Sequence record: PP391266.1 | Reading direction: 5' to 3' (one strand) | Length of the DNA stretch: 64,000 nucleotides | From: Escherichia phage PJNS034 | In this document: in pieces, positions 35,532 to 45,718 of the stretch | Numbering within the stretch: the first letter of the stretch is position 1 | How the letters are laid out: each line of letters opens with the position of its first letter | Translations under genes and position numbers: made by a program | Notes under the pieces: model-generated | The model's input: only the letters and a program-made list of their open reading frames with translations | What the model was told of the DNA's origin: nothing | The model's database searches: none

Positions 35532-35993
35532 CTACATTACCGCTTCAAGGTCTTCCGCAGGGATTACATTCACTCGGCTACCACCAGTAGGGCCGGTAGT
35601 CCACTCGCTACCATCAACGGTAACTTTAAAACCAATACGACCACCGCCACCCGCTGTAACACCAGTTAGGTCACAAGACTTACCATCAGCAGATTGTTTG
35701 AAAGTGAAGCTTCCTTCTTGCCCAGAGTCATAAGTAGCGAACCACTCATACACAGCAGAATCAGGAAGAGTACCACCAGAAATAACCACTTTGTCAGTTT
35801 TAGTCTCACCTACTTTGAGGTCTTGACCAATACCATCAGTATCAATTGAAATGTCTAACACTTCAACTTCGATTGAATCTTTCTTAGTTGCATCACTCAC
35901 AGACTCTACAGTAATAGTGCTGGTGCCCTTATCGACACCAGTCACTTCAAGAGCCTGAGTAGCGAGAGCAGCTTTAGCTTGACGCTTCGCCAT
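35532..35993 (-). CDS. bacterial Ig-like (Big_2-type) domain protein, probable capsid decoration or fiber
   Basis: 153 aa; own RBS GAGGAA; beta-rich TITVESVSD...KVTVDGSEW pattern. Confidence 0.45.
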   Translation of the reverse strand: MAKRQAKAALATQALEVTGVDKGTSTITVESVSDATKKDSIEVEVLDISIDTDGIGQDLKVGETKTDKVVISGGTLPDSAVYEWFATYDSGQEGSFTFKQSADGKSCDLTGVTAGGGGRIGFKVTVDGSEWTTGPTGGSRVNVIPAEDLEAVM

Positions 35994-36005
35994 TCACGAT
36001 TCCTC

Positions 36006-37303
36006 TTATGCTACAGTTGCAGCAGCAGGGTCGCTAGAGGTTGCTTTAATTTCCTGAGGAGCACCATCTGGAGAGACAGTTACTGACAGAGGAAGTTTAG
36101 CACCCTTCTTAACGTACCGCTTTTTTGCACCGGCTATTGCCACACTTTCTACGGCTGGTTGTTCGTCGTTGACTACCACAGTTGCTGCATTGGTAGGAGT
36201 AGTACCAACTTTGTTAGTAAACTCGGCTACATACGAACCTGCATCTTCTTTCTGAGCATTAGCTTTGGTGAAAGATGGAGAGGTTGCACCTTCGATTGCA
36301 GCCCCATCCTTTTTCCACTGCACGGAGTCAAAGTTCTCCGCAGCAGCAGTTAAGGTAAAACTACCGCCAACAACGACGGTAGCATTACTTGGATGGGTTA
36401 GGATTTTGGGGCAGTATCTCCACCCGCTTTAGCAGTAATCATAGCCGCTGCTTTAGGGTTGTTCAGACGCAGACCAACTTCCTGCTCAATCATGAACTTC
36501 TCAGCAGAACCAGATTTCGCCAGAGCTACTTTCTTAGGAGCACGCAGTACAGCCATACCGAGGTCAGATGGGTTGAAGATGTAGATAACATCTTTCGGCA
36601 TCCAACGGTTAGGAATGCACTTCAGTTCCTGGCCCAGCGGGTCAACGATGTACTCAACCTGCTTAACAAAGCGTTTGTCGTTCTCGAAGATACGCATACG
36701 AGTACCAGACTTCTCTTGCAGTGAAGCGAAGAAGTCAGCTTTGCTTGGGTGGTACATGATGATGCTTGGGTCAGCACCTTCGGTGTACAGCAGAGCAGTA
36801 GTTTCGAACAGCAGTTCTTCTTTCAGCTCGCCAGTTTTCTTCATGGTTGCATCAATCATCGTACCGAAAGAAGCAGTCAGACGAGCAGTACCAGCAGCAC
36901 CCGGAGTTGCTTTCTGGTCAGCCAACAGGAAGATACCTTCGTTGTCACGCTTCAGCTCTTTAGCAGCTTTCTTCAGTTGATAGAACAGCTCTTTCTCACG
37001 ACCATGAGAACTAACGGCGTTAGCAGAGTCAGATACGAACACAACTTTACGCATAATCTGAGTGTAGTTCTGAACCACAGTGGTTGGGGTCAGGTCTACG
37101 TCTTCAGCATCAGATGCTTCAGCGAATGCGTTGCCGGTGTTGATATCACTCAGCTTATCCCACTGCCACTGGAACATAGTGTTGTGAACAGGGAATTTGC
37201 GAATCATGGAAATCAGCGGAGTGTATTCAGGAGAGATGTTGCTGACCCAATCAGCAAAGTCTTCCTTGATGCCAGCCATCTTGTAAGTCTGGTAAGTTGC
37301 CAT
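36006..37303 (-). CDS. major capsid protein, long form (MCP-Ig fusion via -1 frameshift)
   Basis: -1 frame is open across the MCP stop and encodes a complete Ig-like domain; slippery CCCAAAA sits two codons before the stop. Confidence 0.5.
36398..37303 (-). CDS. major capsid protein (short form)
   Basis: 301 aa; between scaffold and Ig-extension, size and position typical of T7-supergroup MCP. Confidence 0.65.
   Translation of the reverse strand: MATYQTYKMAGIKEDFADWVSNISPEYTPLISMIRKFPVHNTMFQWQWDKLSDINTGNAFAEASDAEDVDLTPTTVVQNYTQIMRKVVFVSDSANAVSSHGREKELFYQLKKAAKELKRDNEGIFLLADQKATPGAAGTARLTASFGTMIDATMKKTGELKEELLFETTALLYTEGADPSIIMYHPSKADFFASLQEKSGTRMRIFENDKRFVKQVEYIVDPLGQELKCIPNRWMPKDVIYIFNPSDLGMAVLRAPKKVALAKSGSAEKFMIEQEVGLRLNNPKAAAMITAKAGGDTAPKS
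36404..36410 (-). other. -1 programmed ribosomal frameshift slippery heptamer C_CCA_AAA
   Basis: X_XXY_YYZ heptamer in zero frame (gcC CCA AAA tcc TAA); -1 frame continues as [16 protein letters not shown]... Confidence 0.5.
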
Positions 37304-37324
37304 GAGTTTGTTTCCTCAATAGTG

Positions 37325-38344
37325 TTAAATGAATTTCAAGAACTCGGTAAACTCAGAGGCTTCCGAACCTTGTAGGCCAGTAGTATTCACAGGCTTCTTA
37401 GAAGCAGTGGATTTCTTGGCTTGAGCAGAGACTACACGTGATGGAGACTTAACAGCCTTCTTCACTTTCGCCTTAACAACATTCTCGCCCTTAGCTAAAC
37501 GCATAGAGTCGTAGAACGCCTTGAGTACGCTGGCATCAGTACAGGTGGTAATGTATTTTTCATCCACACCTGAGTTCACAGCATATTCTAGGATTTGGTG
37601 ATACAGACCATTGCTCCAGCCCGGAATGTTCTTCTGAAGAGAACGAACACACTCTACAGCTTTCGCTTGGTTTTCTGTTTCGGCTTTCTTAGCTTCTTTA
37701 GCATTAAGGTCAGCCATTGCTTTCTGAATGTCTTGGGAACGCTTCTGATAGCGCTCGACAAACATTTTAGTTTTGCCAAACTCTTCTGGCGATTCTTGCA
37801 GGAGTGCATTCCAGTCGAAGCCTTCAAACTTCTCTAGCACATCATCTGCTTCCAGCTTAGCCAGTTTCAGCTTATCGGACAGGTCAGCATACTGAGAAGC
37901 ATATTCATCTTCTTTTGCTTTCAGAGCTTGTTCACGTTCAGCGATAAGGGTGTTATCGGCAAAGCCTTGAGTCAATTCTTCAATAGTACGTTCAGTACCA
38001 TCGGGCAGAGTAATAACGGTATCGAGGTCAACTTCGAGAGGGGAATCATCCTCCTCAGCCTCTTCTTCATCGTTTTCTTCTGCGGGGAGTTCTTCTTCCT
38101 CTTCCTCAGTTTCAGACTCTTCTTCGTCTTCATCTGCTGGGAGTGGTTCATCGTTTTCTTCATCGACCGCTTCATCAGGGTCAACAGGAATTTCGTTTTC
38201 GTCGGACTCAGGTTCAGCAGTGACGGATTCACCGTTCATCATTGCTAGGAAACCTTCATAGTCGTCTTCGGGGCGAATCACGCTATCGGTGATTACTTCG
38301 TTTTCGTCATCCATCGTTTCAACCTTCGTCGTCTTCAAGTTCAT
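37325..38344 (-). CDS. scaffolding protein
   Basis: 339 aa, strongly acidic Glu/Asp runs, helical, between portal and MCP. Confidence 0.55.
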   Translation of the reverse strand: MNLKTTKVETMDDENEVITDSVIRPEDDYEGFLAMMNGESVTAEPESDENEIPVDPDEAVDEENDEPLPADEDEEESETEEEEEELPAEENDEEEAEEDDSPLEVDLDTVITLPDGTERTIEELTQGFADNTLIAEREQALKAKEDEYASQYADLSDKLKLAKLEADDVLEKFEGFDWNALLQESPEEFGKTKMFVERYQKRSQDIQKAMADLNAKEAKKAETENQAKAVECVRSLQKNIPGWSNGLYHQILEYAVNSGVDEKYITTCTDASVLKAFYDSMRLAKGENVVKAKVKKAVKSPSRVVSAQAKKSTASKKPVNTTGLQGSEASEFTEFLKFI

Positions 38345-38537
38345 TCATGACATTTTGGATTTCAGATTCAAGTGCTTTCAACCCACGAATCATATTGATA
38401 GTATCGTCTAATGCCTTCGGATTGTCAATAGTTAATTTGAAGGAATTGTAACATTTTTTATCAATGATTGATGTTAGGGTTGAAAGGGCACCCGACTCTA
38501 CAAGATTGCGAATACACGCACGTTGGTAGTCGTTCAC
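38319..38537 (-). CDS. hypothetical protein
   Basis: 72 aa ORF. Confidence 0.3.
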   Translation of the reverse strand: MNDYQRACIRNLVESGALSTLTSIIDKKCYNSFKLTIDNPKALDDTINMIRGLKALESEIQNVMNELEDDEG

Positions 38538-38550
38538 CCTTTCTTACCTC

Positions 38551-40731
38551 TTATTGTGGAAGTGTGGTTGTTGGTTTGCGAGTTCCCATAGACAGGGCTA
38601 CAGGTCGCTGTTGAGCCATTTCAAGTTGAGCTTCAATCTCAATCTGACGAGCCTTGAGGTCTAACTCTTGCTTCATCAGCTCAAGCTCCAGCATCTTGAG
38701 TTCCAGCTTACGTTCTTCAAGTTCCAATCCACGTTCAGCAACAAACGAATCACTAGCCATCTTACTCTGACGAGATTCAGATTCAGCTTGGTCAATGTTC
38801 ATCTTATCACCTGCAACCGCTTCATCCAACTCAGCACGTTTCAGCTTAGCTTGCGCTTCCATCTGCTCAGCCTGCATACGACCAGTTGCAACTTCCATCT
38901 CATTCTGAATCTTCTGGAGTTCAAGTTGAACACGTTGTGATTCGAGTTCGATACGTTGCTGCTCAGCTTGCTGTTCTGGAGTCGGGCCTTGAGGTTGAAC
39001 TTGTTCCATCGGAGTGATGAAGTTGTTCACATCATAGAATCCCATTGCCAGTGTAAGTTCACGAGCAAGGTGGTTTGCATTCTCAGCGGTGAAAGTAGTA
39101 CCAGCCAGTAACGGGTTCTGGGTCAAGAACTGAGAGAGTTGTACAAGGTTGTTAGCACGTTCACGACGTTCGTTCTGACCAATCGCAACTGCAACAATCA
39201 CTTTGTCTCGGTCAGGCCAATTCGCTGGCATGACTTCCTTCATCTCACCATTAACTTCAATACGGAGGGTGTTTGTTTCACTCTCTTTCAGAAGACGGTA
39301 GATAGCAAGGAACAGTTGAGTCATGAAGTTCTGAGCGATGTTACGAGCAACCATACGCATACGGTTCTGTGCAGCACTCATCATCATATCAACAGTAGCG
39401 TAGCTGTTGTCGTTCTTAAACACTTCAGGGGACAAGCCCATGCCGATACGGGTTACACCAGTACGACGTTCTTTAGCTTGTTCGATTTGTTCAAGGATAT
39501 TATCAACACCTGCTGGCAGGGGGTGATGTGGGAACAGGTCTACCATCCCTACAGCATTCTCTTCTACTACACCACCCGGACGGTTATCCAGAAGGGAGCG
39601 CTTATCATACTGACCTTTAACAGCACGGAAGCGACCATAGTTAGCAGACATGATGTTATCAATGTAACCACGAACCAGTGCAGTCTTAACGTTCTGAATG
39701 TCACGAGTAATATCGAAGACTGACTCACCAATGATGCTGCCCGGAACAGGGAATGGGGTACAGACGTCGAATGGAATCTCACTCACTTCCTCGTAACTGA
39801 CAATCTGGTTGTTCACTTGGAACACCTGATACAGACGAGTCTTACGTCCTTTCAGATTAGTACGAACATAGACTTCATCTACGATGTACTTCTCAAAGTC
39901 ACGTGGGTCGCCAAAGTCCAGACCAGTCATGTCTTGGTCACGAGTCATTTCGATATCTTCTGCCACAAGGTCAGTTGAACCTGCACGAGCACGTTCGATA
40001 TCTTCTTCATCAAAGCCAAGGTCTACCAGTTCGTTACGAGTCTTCTGAACACGATGGCGGAAGTATGAACATTCCTGAATATTCTTGGAGAATTGGTCGA
40101 AGTCGATTTCCTCAGCGGGAACAAACTCAACACGTACACCAGAGGTATTCACTGGAATGGAGATAGTAGCAGAAACAGTACCATCGTCATTCTTCTCAAT
40201 CGTCAACATTGAATCGTCAACTTCATCATTGTCGTCATATTCAGACAGGATGATTTTCAGTTCGTCTTCAGTGACATGCTCCACCTTACGAACGTCTTGT
40301 TCAACAGAATGCTGCCAGTAACGTTTAACAAACGAAACTTTAGACAGGAGACACTCTTTGAATGCGTCGTGAAGTGTGATGTAACCGGGGTTGTCACGCA
40401 GCAGAACTTTGTTAACCATTGCAGTAGCAGCACGGGCACCATCTGCATCGTAACTGTTTAGAGGAGCAAATCGAACAGCATCTTCACCTGATGTAAATAC
40501 ATTGAGCAGGTCTTGAAGAGTACCGTTAACTGATTCCCATACAGTTCGGTCAACATAAGAACTACCACCGCGAGTATAAGCAGCAGGAAGTTCACCATAG
40601 TAATACTTGTATGCCTCCTTGATTGATTCACCCAACTTACCTTCCGTAATCGTCAGACTACGACCAGTAAATTGGGTGATGGCTGACTTGAGTTTAGTTA
40701 ACTCTTTCGTGTCACGTTTAATCGCCATCAC
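38551..40731 (-). CDS. portal protein
   Basis: 726 aa, directly downstream of terminase large subunit, C-terminal Gln/Glu coiled-coil. Confidence 0.6.
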   Translation of the reverse strand: MMAIKRDTKELTKLKSAITQFTGRSLTITEGKLGESIKEAYKYYYGELPAAYTRGGSSYVDRTVWESVNGTLQDLLNVFTSGEDAVRFAPLNSYDADGARAATAMVNKVLLRDNPGYITLHDAFKECLLSKVSFVKRYWQHSVEQDVRKVEHVTEDELKIILSEYDDNDEVDDSMLTIEKNDDGTVSATISIPVNTSGVRVEFVPAEEIDFDQFSKNIQECSYFRHRVQKTRNELVDLGFDEEDIERARAGSTDLVAEDIEMTRDQDMTGLDFGDPRDFEKYIVDEVYVRTNLKGRKTRLYQVFQVNNQIVSYEEVSEIPFDVCTPFPVPGSIIGESVFDITRDIQNVKTALVRGYIDNIMSANYGRFRAVKGQYDKRSLLDNRPGGVVEENAVGMVDLFPHHPLPAGVDNILEQIEQAKERRTGVTRIGMGLSPEVFKNDNSYATVDMMMSAAQNRMRMVARNIAQNFMTQLFLAIYRLLKESETNTLRIEVNGEMKEVMPANWPDRDKVIVAVAIGQNERRERANNLVQLSQFLTQNPLLAGTTFTAENANHLARELTLAMGFYDVNNFITPMEQVQPQGPTPEQQAEQQRIELESQRVQLELQKIQNEMEVATGRMQAEQMEAQAKLKRAELDEAVAGDKMNIDQAESESRQSKMASDSFVAERGLELEERKLELKMLELELMKQELDLKARQIEIEAQLEMAQQRPVALSMGTRKPTTTLPQ

Positions 40732-40740
40732 CGCTCCTAA

Positions 40741-42240
40741 TTAATAAGCGTTATTGAAGTTATTCCAGTTGTCATTATAACTCATTGAGCCATTAAGTCC
40801 AGCATGTTCTGAAATACCTCGATGGGTAACAGACAATGCTGCATAACGCATAGCATCCACAGAGTCATCTTCGACCTTTTTAATCTTACCTTCTTTACGT
40901 TGGTAAGAGCGCATTTCTTCGAAGATTTTATGACAAGTGTTGAAGATTTTGAATCGACCGGTTTTCATTCGCTGGAGAATTTCCATGATGCCGGGTTCAA
41001 CAAAGTTATTTTTCTTCCCATCAAACCCGATTGGGTTGTAGAAAGTGTCTGGCTGTACGTTCACACCAGCTTCACGATAGTACATAGCAACACTACGTCC
41101 AGAACCACGTTCAACGTTGTCAGCGTCGTGAGGCAGAACAACAGGAATCCAAGTCCCTCGTTGGTTAATGGCGTGTGCGTGGATGGCTGGGATGCCTTCG
41201 GCTGCTGCATAGTGGTCATAGATGTAAATCGTGTCTGTATCGACGTCATAAGCCGCCCAAGAAGCCGCAGTATCGTGGTTGATACCGATATCAACACCAC
41301 ATACACGAGGCCAATGGTCTGGAATTTTGAAGGGTTCCACCTTAATGGATTCTTCACTAACTGGATACACGAGTCCGCTCCCCAAGATTGGTAAACCTTT
41401 AGAACGCATGTCATGTTGCCACTCAGGAATAGACGCCAGAAGCTCTTTCTTCGTCTCTTCACTCAGGTGAGGTGCATCATCCCACGTTGCGTTCTGCCAA
41501 TACAGTGCTCCAGACTCATCATTCATGAACTTCTTAACCAGTTCAGTCAGACCGTTCTCAGGAGTAGCTGTGATAGTTACAAGACCGCCTGTAGTAGCTG
41601 TACGAGTAACACATTGTGCATAAATCTGCATTGAACGATAAGGGTCTTCTTCGTCAATCCAGATAAAATCAACTGTAGCACCCATCAGAACGTGTTCACC
41701 CTGCTGGGTAGAACGAAATTCGATAGTGCTGTAACCATCTTGACGTCCTTTCGCATCAAAATGCTTAATTCGACAGGCCAGAATACGTTGACCGTCTTTT
41801 GCCAGCGAATCAAAGTCGATATATTTCTTCGGAATAGCACCAGTACCAATAGCTTTTGTATCACGCACGTCAGCAGTACCGAACAATTCCTTCTGAAGCA
41901 CCTTCTGGGTTGATTCACCAGTAATACCAACACACCAAGCTAGAATCGGCTTCTCAAAACGATGCCCATCCCACCAATCCTTATATACGCCTGTAAGGTG
42001 CTGAGACACTTCCTGTGCCTCTGAAAAGGATTTACCAATACGGTTAGCTGCACAAAGAAAACGTCGCTTAAAACGCTTCCCAGCCGCATAGAAATCGCGT
42101 TGGAATTTGTAAGGTTTGAAGTAATCCAGCGAGTTGTAGCGTTGATACTGCTCTCGCATCTGGATTAGCTCCAGTAACTCAATCTTGTCGTCAGGAGATA
42201 AGGCTGACAGGTCGAGTCCTTGCAGAATTTCATCAATCAT
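40741..42240 (-). CDS. terminase large subunit
   Basis: 499 aa; Walker A CAANRIGKS, Walker B DFIWIDEE, C-terminal RNase-H-like nuclease block GVDIGINHD. Confidence 0.85.
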   Translation of the reverse strand: MIDEILQGLDLSALSPDDKIELLELIQMREQYQRYNSLDYFKPYKFQRDFYAAGKRFKRRFLCAANRIGKSFSEAQEVSQHLTGVYKDWWDGHRFEKPILAWCVGITGESTQKVLQKELFGTADVRDTKAIGTGAIPKKYIDFDSLAKDGQRILACRIKHFDAKGRQDGYSTIEFRSTQQGEHVLMGATVDFIWIDEEDPYRSMQIYAQCVTRTATTGGLVTITATPENGLTELVKKFMNDESGALYWQNATWDDAPHLSEETKKELLASIPEWQHDMRSKGLPILGSGLVYPVSEESIKVEPFKIPDHWPRVCGVDIGINHDTAASWAAYDVDTDTIYIYDHYAAAEGIPAIHAHAINQRGTWIPVVLPHDADNVERGSGRSVAMYYREAGVNVQPDTFYNPIGFDGKKNNFVEPGIMEILQRMKTGRFKIFNTCHKIFEEMRSYQRKEGKIKKVEDDSVDAMRYAALSVTHRGISEHAGLNGSMSYNDNWNNFNNAY

Positions 42241-42460
42241 AGAAGCCTCTCACTTCTGTATCGACGGCTCGACACCGCCAACCTTTAACTTTCACATCAC
42301 AGTGCATTAAAAGGGTTAAGTCTTCATCCTTAATCCCTTGTTCCAGAGCAAATTTTCGAGGGTGGCTGACGACGACATGTTCAAATGGGTCAGCATCCTT
42401 GTAGAACTCATAGGTGCGTACAGTCAGAATACCATCATCCGAGTAAATCATCGCCAGCAC
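42233..42460 (-). CDS. hypothetical protein
   Basis: 75 aa ORF between terS and terL. Confidence 0.3.
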   Translation of the reverse strand: MLAMIYSDDGILTVRTYEFYKDADPFEHVVVSHPRKFALEQGIKDEDLTLLMHCDVKVKGWRCRAVDTEVRGFYD

Positions 42461-42463
42461 CTC

Positions 42464-42919
42464 TTAGTTACTTTCTGGAACAGCAACAGTCAGCTTAATA
42501 CCAGCCAACTTGTCTGCAATCATCTTGTCCAGCTCTTCAGCAGTCAGTTCTTCATCATTCTTAATGTCCACTTCAACAGAAGCAGCTTTAGGATAGACGA
42601 TATCGACCAGCTTCATAGCAGCCATCAGACGCTCTTTAGGAGTAGCTGTGGGGCTTTCCATCACATCAATGAGGTATTCATCAGGGCGAATACGAGCGTT
42701 TGCTATAGCGTCTAACATTTGCTGTGTGAGCTTGTTACGGGAGCCTTTCTTACGACCGCGACCAAAATTATTGCCGGGTAAGAAGGTGTTTTTGACAAGA
42801 TTTCGACCTTTCGAGCAGGGATGGCCTTCTTCACTGAAAAATTCAATGGTTTTGCCTTTATACTCGTCTCCTACGCTGAGATGAGAGTAATCATCCACAT
42901 AAGTCTTTTCATTAGACAT
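42464..42919 (-). CDS. putative terminase small subunit
   Basis: 151 aa, basic GRGRKKGSRNK region, first gene of late arm. Confidence 0.4.
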   Translation of the reverse strand: MSNEKTYVDDYSHLSVGDEYKGKTIEFFSEEGHPCSKGRNLVKNTFLPGNNFGRGRKKGSRNKLTQQMLDAIANARIRPDEYLIDVMESPTATPKERLMAAMKLVDIVYPKAASVEVDIKNDEELTAEELDKMIADKLAGIKLTVAVPESN

Positions 42920-42920
42920 T

Positions 42921-43048
42921 CATGCCACCTAATAATGGGGTTAGTTGAAAGATACACTGTAAGATGGAACCATTCATGCCAGTTCATCTACATGCCATGT
43001 CATAAGTATACACTGATAAGAGGCTATCATGCCACCTCATACATGCCA
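42921..43048. repeat. five direct repeats of CATGCCA (minus strand TGGCATG) upstream of terS
   Basis: Copies at 42921, 42975, 42991, 43028, 43042 with similar flanks. Confidence 0.55.
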
Positions 43049-43103
43049 GTCCATACTTCTGTGGGGATATAGGTAAGAGATGCTACATCTTACACTACTT
43101 ATA

Positions 43104-43125
43104 CCTATTATTTCCCTTCGGAATA
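43104..43125 (-). promoter_or_regulatory. conserved intergenic element, copy D (inverted)
   Basis: Minus strand reads TATTCCGAAGGGAAATAATAGG; contains TATTCC-GAAG-GGAATA hairpin. Confidence 0.4.
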
Positions 43126-43793
43126 TAATGTTTAGGGTACAGGAAGAAGTGCCATATGACAAGACTTATTTACCAATTGAATTACAAATTCAGTGAATTT
43201 ATAAGTGTGAGATAACAAAGTGTGGATATTGCTCACTTTTTAACCAGAAACGTAAATTTCACTTGAGCGGTATGTGGCATATCAGCTTTAGCATAATGTT
43301 CAAAAAGGGGGAACGGGTTCCGCTCATGTTCCGGCGTGTGAATGAGGCGTGTAGACTACCACTAGCCCCTACCCTGAGTCAATACCCTCACTGGTCTGAT
43401 GAGTGTGACTGCTCAAGTAGTAACCGTGTGATGCCGTGTGATGAGTACCCATCGTGCATAGTTATTCATGATAATTTATTTTTGGATAGCCTGAATAAAT
43501 AATAGCCAGTGACCCGTTAGAATCTGCGTGCGTGTCTGATACTGCCTGAGTTATACCTCCATAACGCCAACGTTTAAACGGTGTATTGATAACGGGTAAC
43601 AAGCCAGCGACAAGTGAATAAATATTCCAAGAGATAGCATATCTAATCAATCTATCTTCTCTTTATTCCTTTTACAGTGTAATTCTTATTTGTTTATAAG
43701 TAATAATTCTCCTCGACCTATTGACAATTACCGTCGAGTAAATTACGCGTGTGTTTCATTACGTCTTAAAGAAATGATTTGTTTGTTTTGCTA

Positions 43794-43821
43794 TTGACTT
43801 TTTAACTCATTCGTTTAATAT
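43794..43821 (+). promoter_or_regulatory. sigma70-like promoter candidate
   Basis: TTGACT, 16-17 nt spacer, TAATAT. Confidence 0.4.
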
Positions 43822-43876
43822 AGCTCCCCGTTGAAACGCAGAACATCGCGGAGTAAACAAGTTAATCACTAAGTGG

Positions 43877-43905
43877 TTGACTGAATCGGGTTAGTATGTT
43901 TTAAT
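43877..43905 (+). promoter_or_regulatory. sigma70-like promoter candidate
   Basis: TTGACT, 17 nt spacer, TTTAAT. Confidence 0.35.
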
Positions 43906-44086
43906 GCTTACCGATTCAAACGCTCTTTAAAAATGTGGTCTGTCTTTAGGTGGTGTTTAACATCATTACTACAAGGCGCTTAGTTAGTTATCTGGTTTTG
44001 ATTCCTGTTTCATTAGTGATTCAGGCGGATTGATAAAGCATCTTCAATAAGTCTTTAACAGTTCGATACTTCGAAGAAATTAACGA

Positions 44087-44114
44087 TTGACAGCGTACTA
44101 GATTCCTGTAAGAT
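44087..44114 (+). promoter_or_regulatory. sigma70-like promoter candidate
   Basis: TTGACA, 16 nt spacer, TAAGAT. Confidence 0.4.
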
Positions 44115-44232
44115 AGACCACGTTTTAACGCTCTTTAACAATATGAATCATTAACGCTTAAACGTTAGTTTAATCAGACGTTATCAAGTGAAGCTGAAAA
44201 GTAACACGATAACAAATGATGAAAATAAACGG

Positions 44233-44260
44233 TTGACAGCGTGAAATGATTCGGTATAAT
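44233..44260 (+). promoter_or_regulatory. strong sigma70-like early promoter
   Basis: Consensus TTGACA, 16 nt spacer, consensus TATAAT, about 480 nt upstream of first early gene. Confidence 0.6.
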
Positions 44261-44741
44261 GAGCGCCATCGAATGACAGAACGTTGTCAGACGATAGCCG
44301 GATAAGTGGATAACTTATAACGGCAGTTCGATAAAGTAGTGTGGTAGCGGGTAGCGGTATGTAACACGGATAATCTACGGATTAACGGCTTATTTGTTGC
44401 TTGCTTAAAGCATAAAACGTCGGGCGGCACGATGGGAGAAGTGCATAAAATCAATTAGGCTCCCTGACTCTTTAACAATTAGGAAACTACGCACCACAAT
44501 TAACGTTGGATAACGTAAAGAGTGGGTTAATTTAGGGTGATTCCCTGCGTAGGCTTGTCGAGCTGATAACAGCGGTATGTGATGGACGCTTATATACTCC
44601 CTCCATGATAGTGTATGACTGATTCCACCTAGGCCAAAGTGAAAGGGCGATAACGAATAGCAAGTAACAATCTCGTTTGATATGGGCATTTAATAGTGAG
44701 TGTCCAGATTAAACGATAAAACTGAATTGAGGATTAAACCT

Positions 44742-45323
44742 ATGTCTATCTTAATTGCTGACCTGATTCGTAACGCTGACGGTGTTAACTCTCTGGCTGA
44801 CTCTATCCAGTCCGAAGGTAAAAAGCTGGATAACATGATTCATCTGGCGCTGGCTTCTGCTACTGTTCTGGTGCATGAGCATGGCGATGTTACCGTGTTA
44901 AACCGTGTCATTAACAAGCTGTCTTCTGGTGTCCGTACCAATGCGGCTCGTGCTTTCGCTGAAACTTTCGCTCCGGTAACTTTCGATAAGAAAGCAAAAG
45001 AGTTCCGCTTCAACAAACACAAACGCAATGAAGCATTCATTGACAGTGAAGCGGCGAAAGAAATGTGTGAAACTGTCTGGACTAAATTCCGTCCTGAGCC
45101 TGAGTATAAGCCAATGAATCTGGCTGACTCTTTCACTAAGCTGATTGACCGTGCCGCTAACGATATGGATAAGAACGACACCATTTCCGAAGCACAAATC
45201 GCTCTGCTGCGCTCTTTCCAAGAGCAATTGGTAACACTCCAGACCAAAGAAGCGGCTGAACGTGATGCGGCAAAGGCACAAGCTGCAATCGCTGACGCTC
45301 CGGCTGAGGAAGTAGCGGCATAA
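44742..45323 (+). CDS. first early protein (hypothetical)
   Basis: 193 aa from ATG with RBS GAGGA. Confidence 0.5.
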   Translation: MSILIADLIRNADGVNSLADSIQSEGKKLDNMIHLALASATVLVHEHGDVTVLNRVINKLSSGVRTNAARAFAETFAPVTFDKKAKEFRFNKHKRNEAFIDSEAAKEMCETVWTKFRPEPEYKPMNLADSFTKLIDRAANDMDKNDTISEAQIALLRSFQEQLVTLQTKEAAERDAAKAQAAIADAPAEEVAA

Positions 45324-45348
45324 GATAGGCGATAGTCTATAAACATCT

Positions 45349-45387
45349 AGCCCCTTGCATTGAATAAATGTGAGGGGCTTTTTGTTT
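45349..45387 (+). terminator. rho-independent terminator
   Basis: AGCCCCT-N17-AGGGGCT followed by TTTTTGTTT. Confidence 0.55.
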
Positions 45388-45396
45388 ATGTACTGA

Positions 45397-45717
45397 ATGG
45401 AATTAATCCGCATGACTCCTTTACAGATTAGACGTAACGCCAAACGTAAGGCGGCAGCAATGAAACAAGTTGTAACTCTCAAGTCTAAGCGTGAGAAAAC
45501 TTTACTCATTACTCCACCTGACGATGTTAAAAAGATTGTGGATAACTTTAAGTTCCCATCTGGTAAAACGTTTCGGGCTGTTCCCACTCGCAACAAAGGC
45601 ACTGATGCGAAAGGTGCTAGCAGTGCTGATAAGATTGCTTGCCGTGGTAAACAGAAGTGTAAAGGGTCTAGCGTTAGGCCGTCTGGTTGGTATAGCAAGT
45701 CACAATTAGCGGGGTAA
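45397..45717 (+). CDS. hypothetical basic protein
   Basis: 106 aa, Lys/Arg-rich. Confidence 0.35.
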   Translation: MELIRMTPLQIRRNAKRKAAAMKQVVTLKSKREKTLLITPPDDVKKIVDNFKFPSGKTFRAVPTRNKGTDAKGASSADKIACRGKQKCKGSSVRPSGWYSKSQLAG

Positions 45718-45718
45718 C

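Noticed and set aside
43263-43650. ORFs of 79 aa (plus) and 62 aa (minus) in the regulatory hub
   Set aside because: No RBS, embedded among promoter-like and repeat motifs; more likely non-coding.
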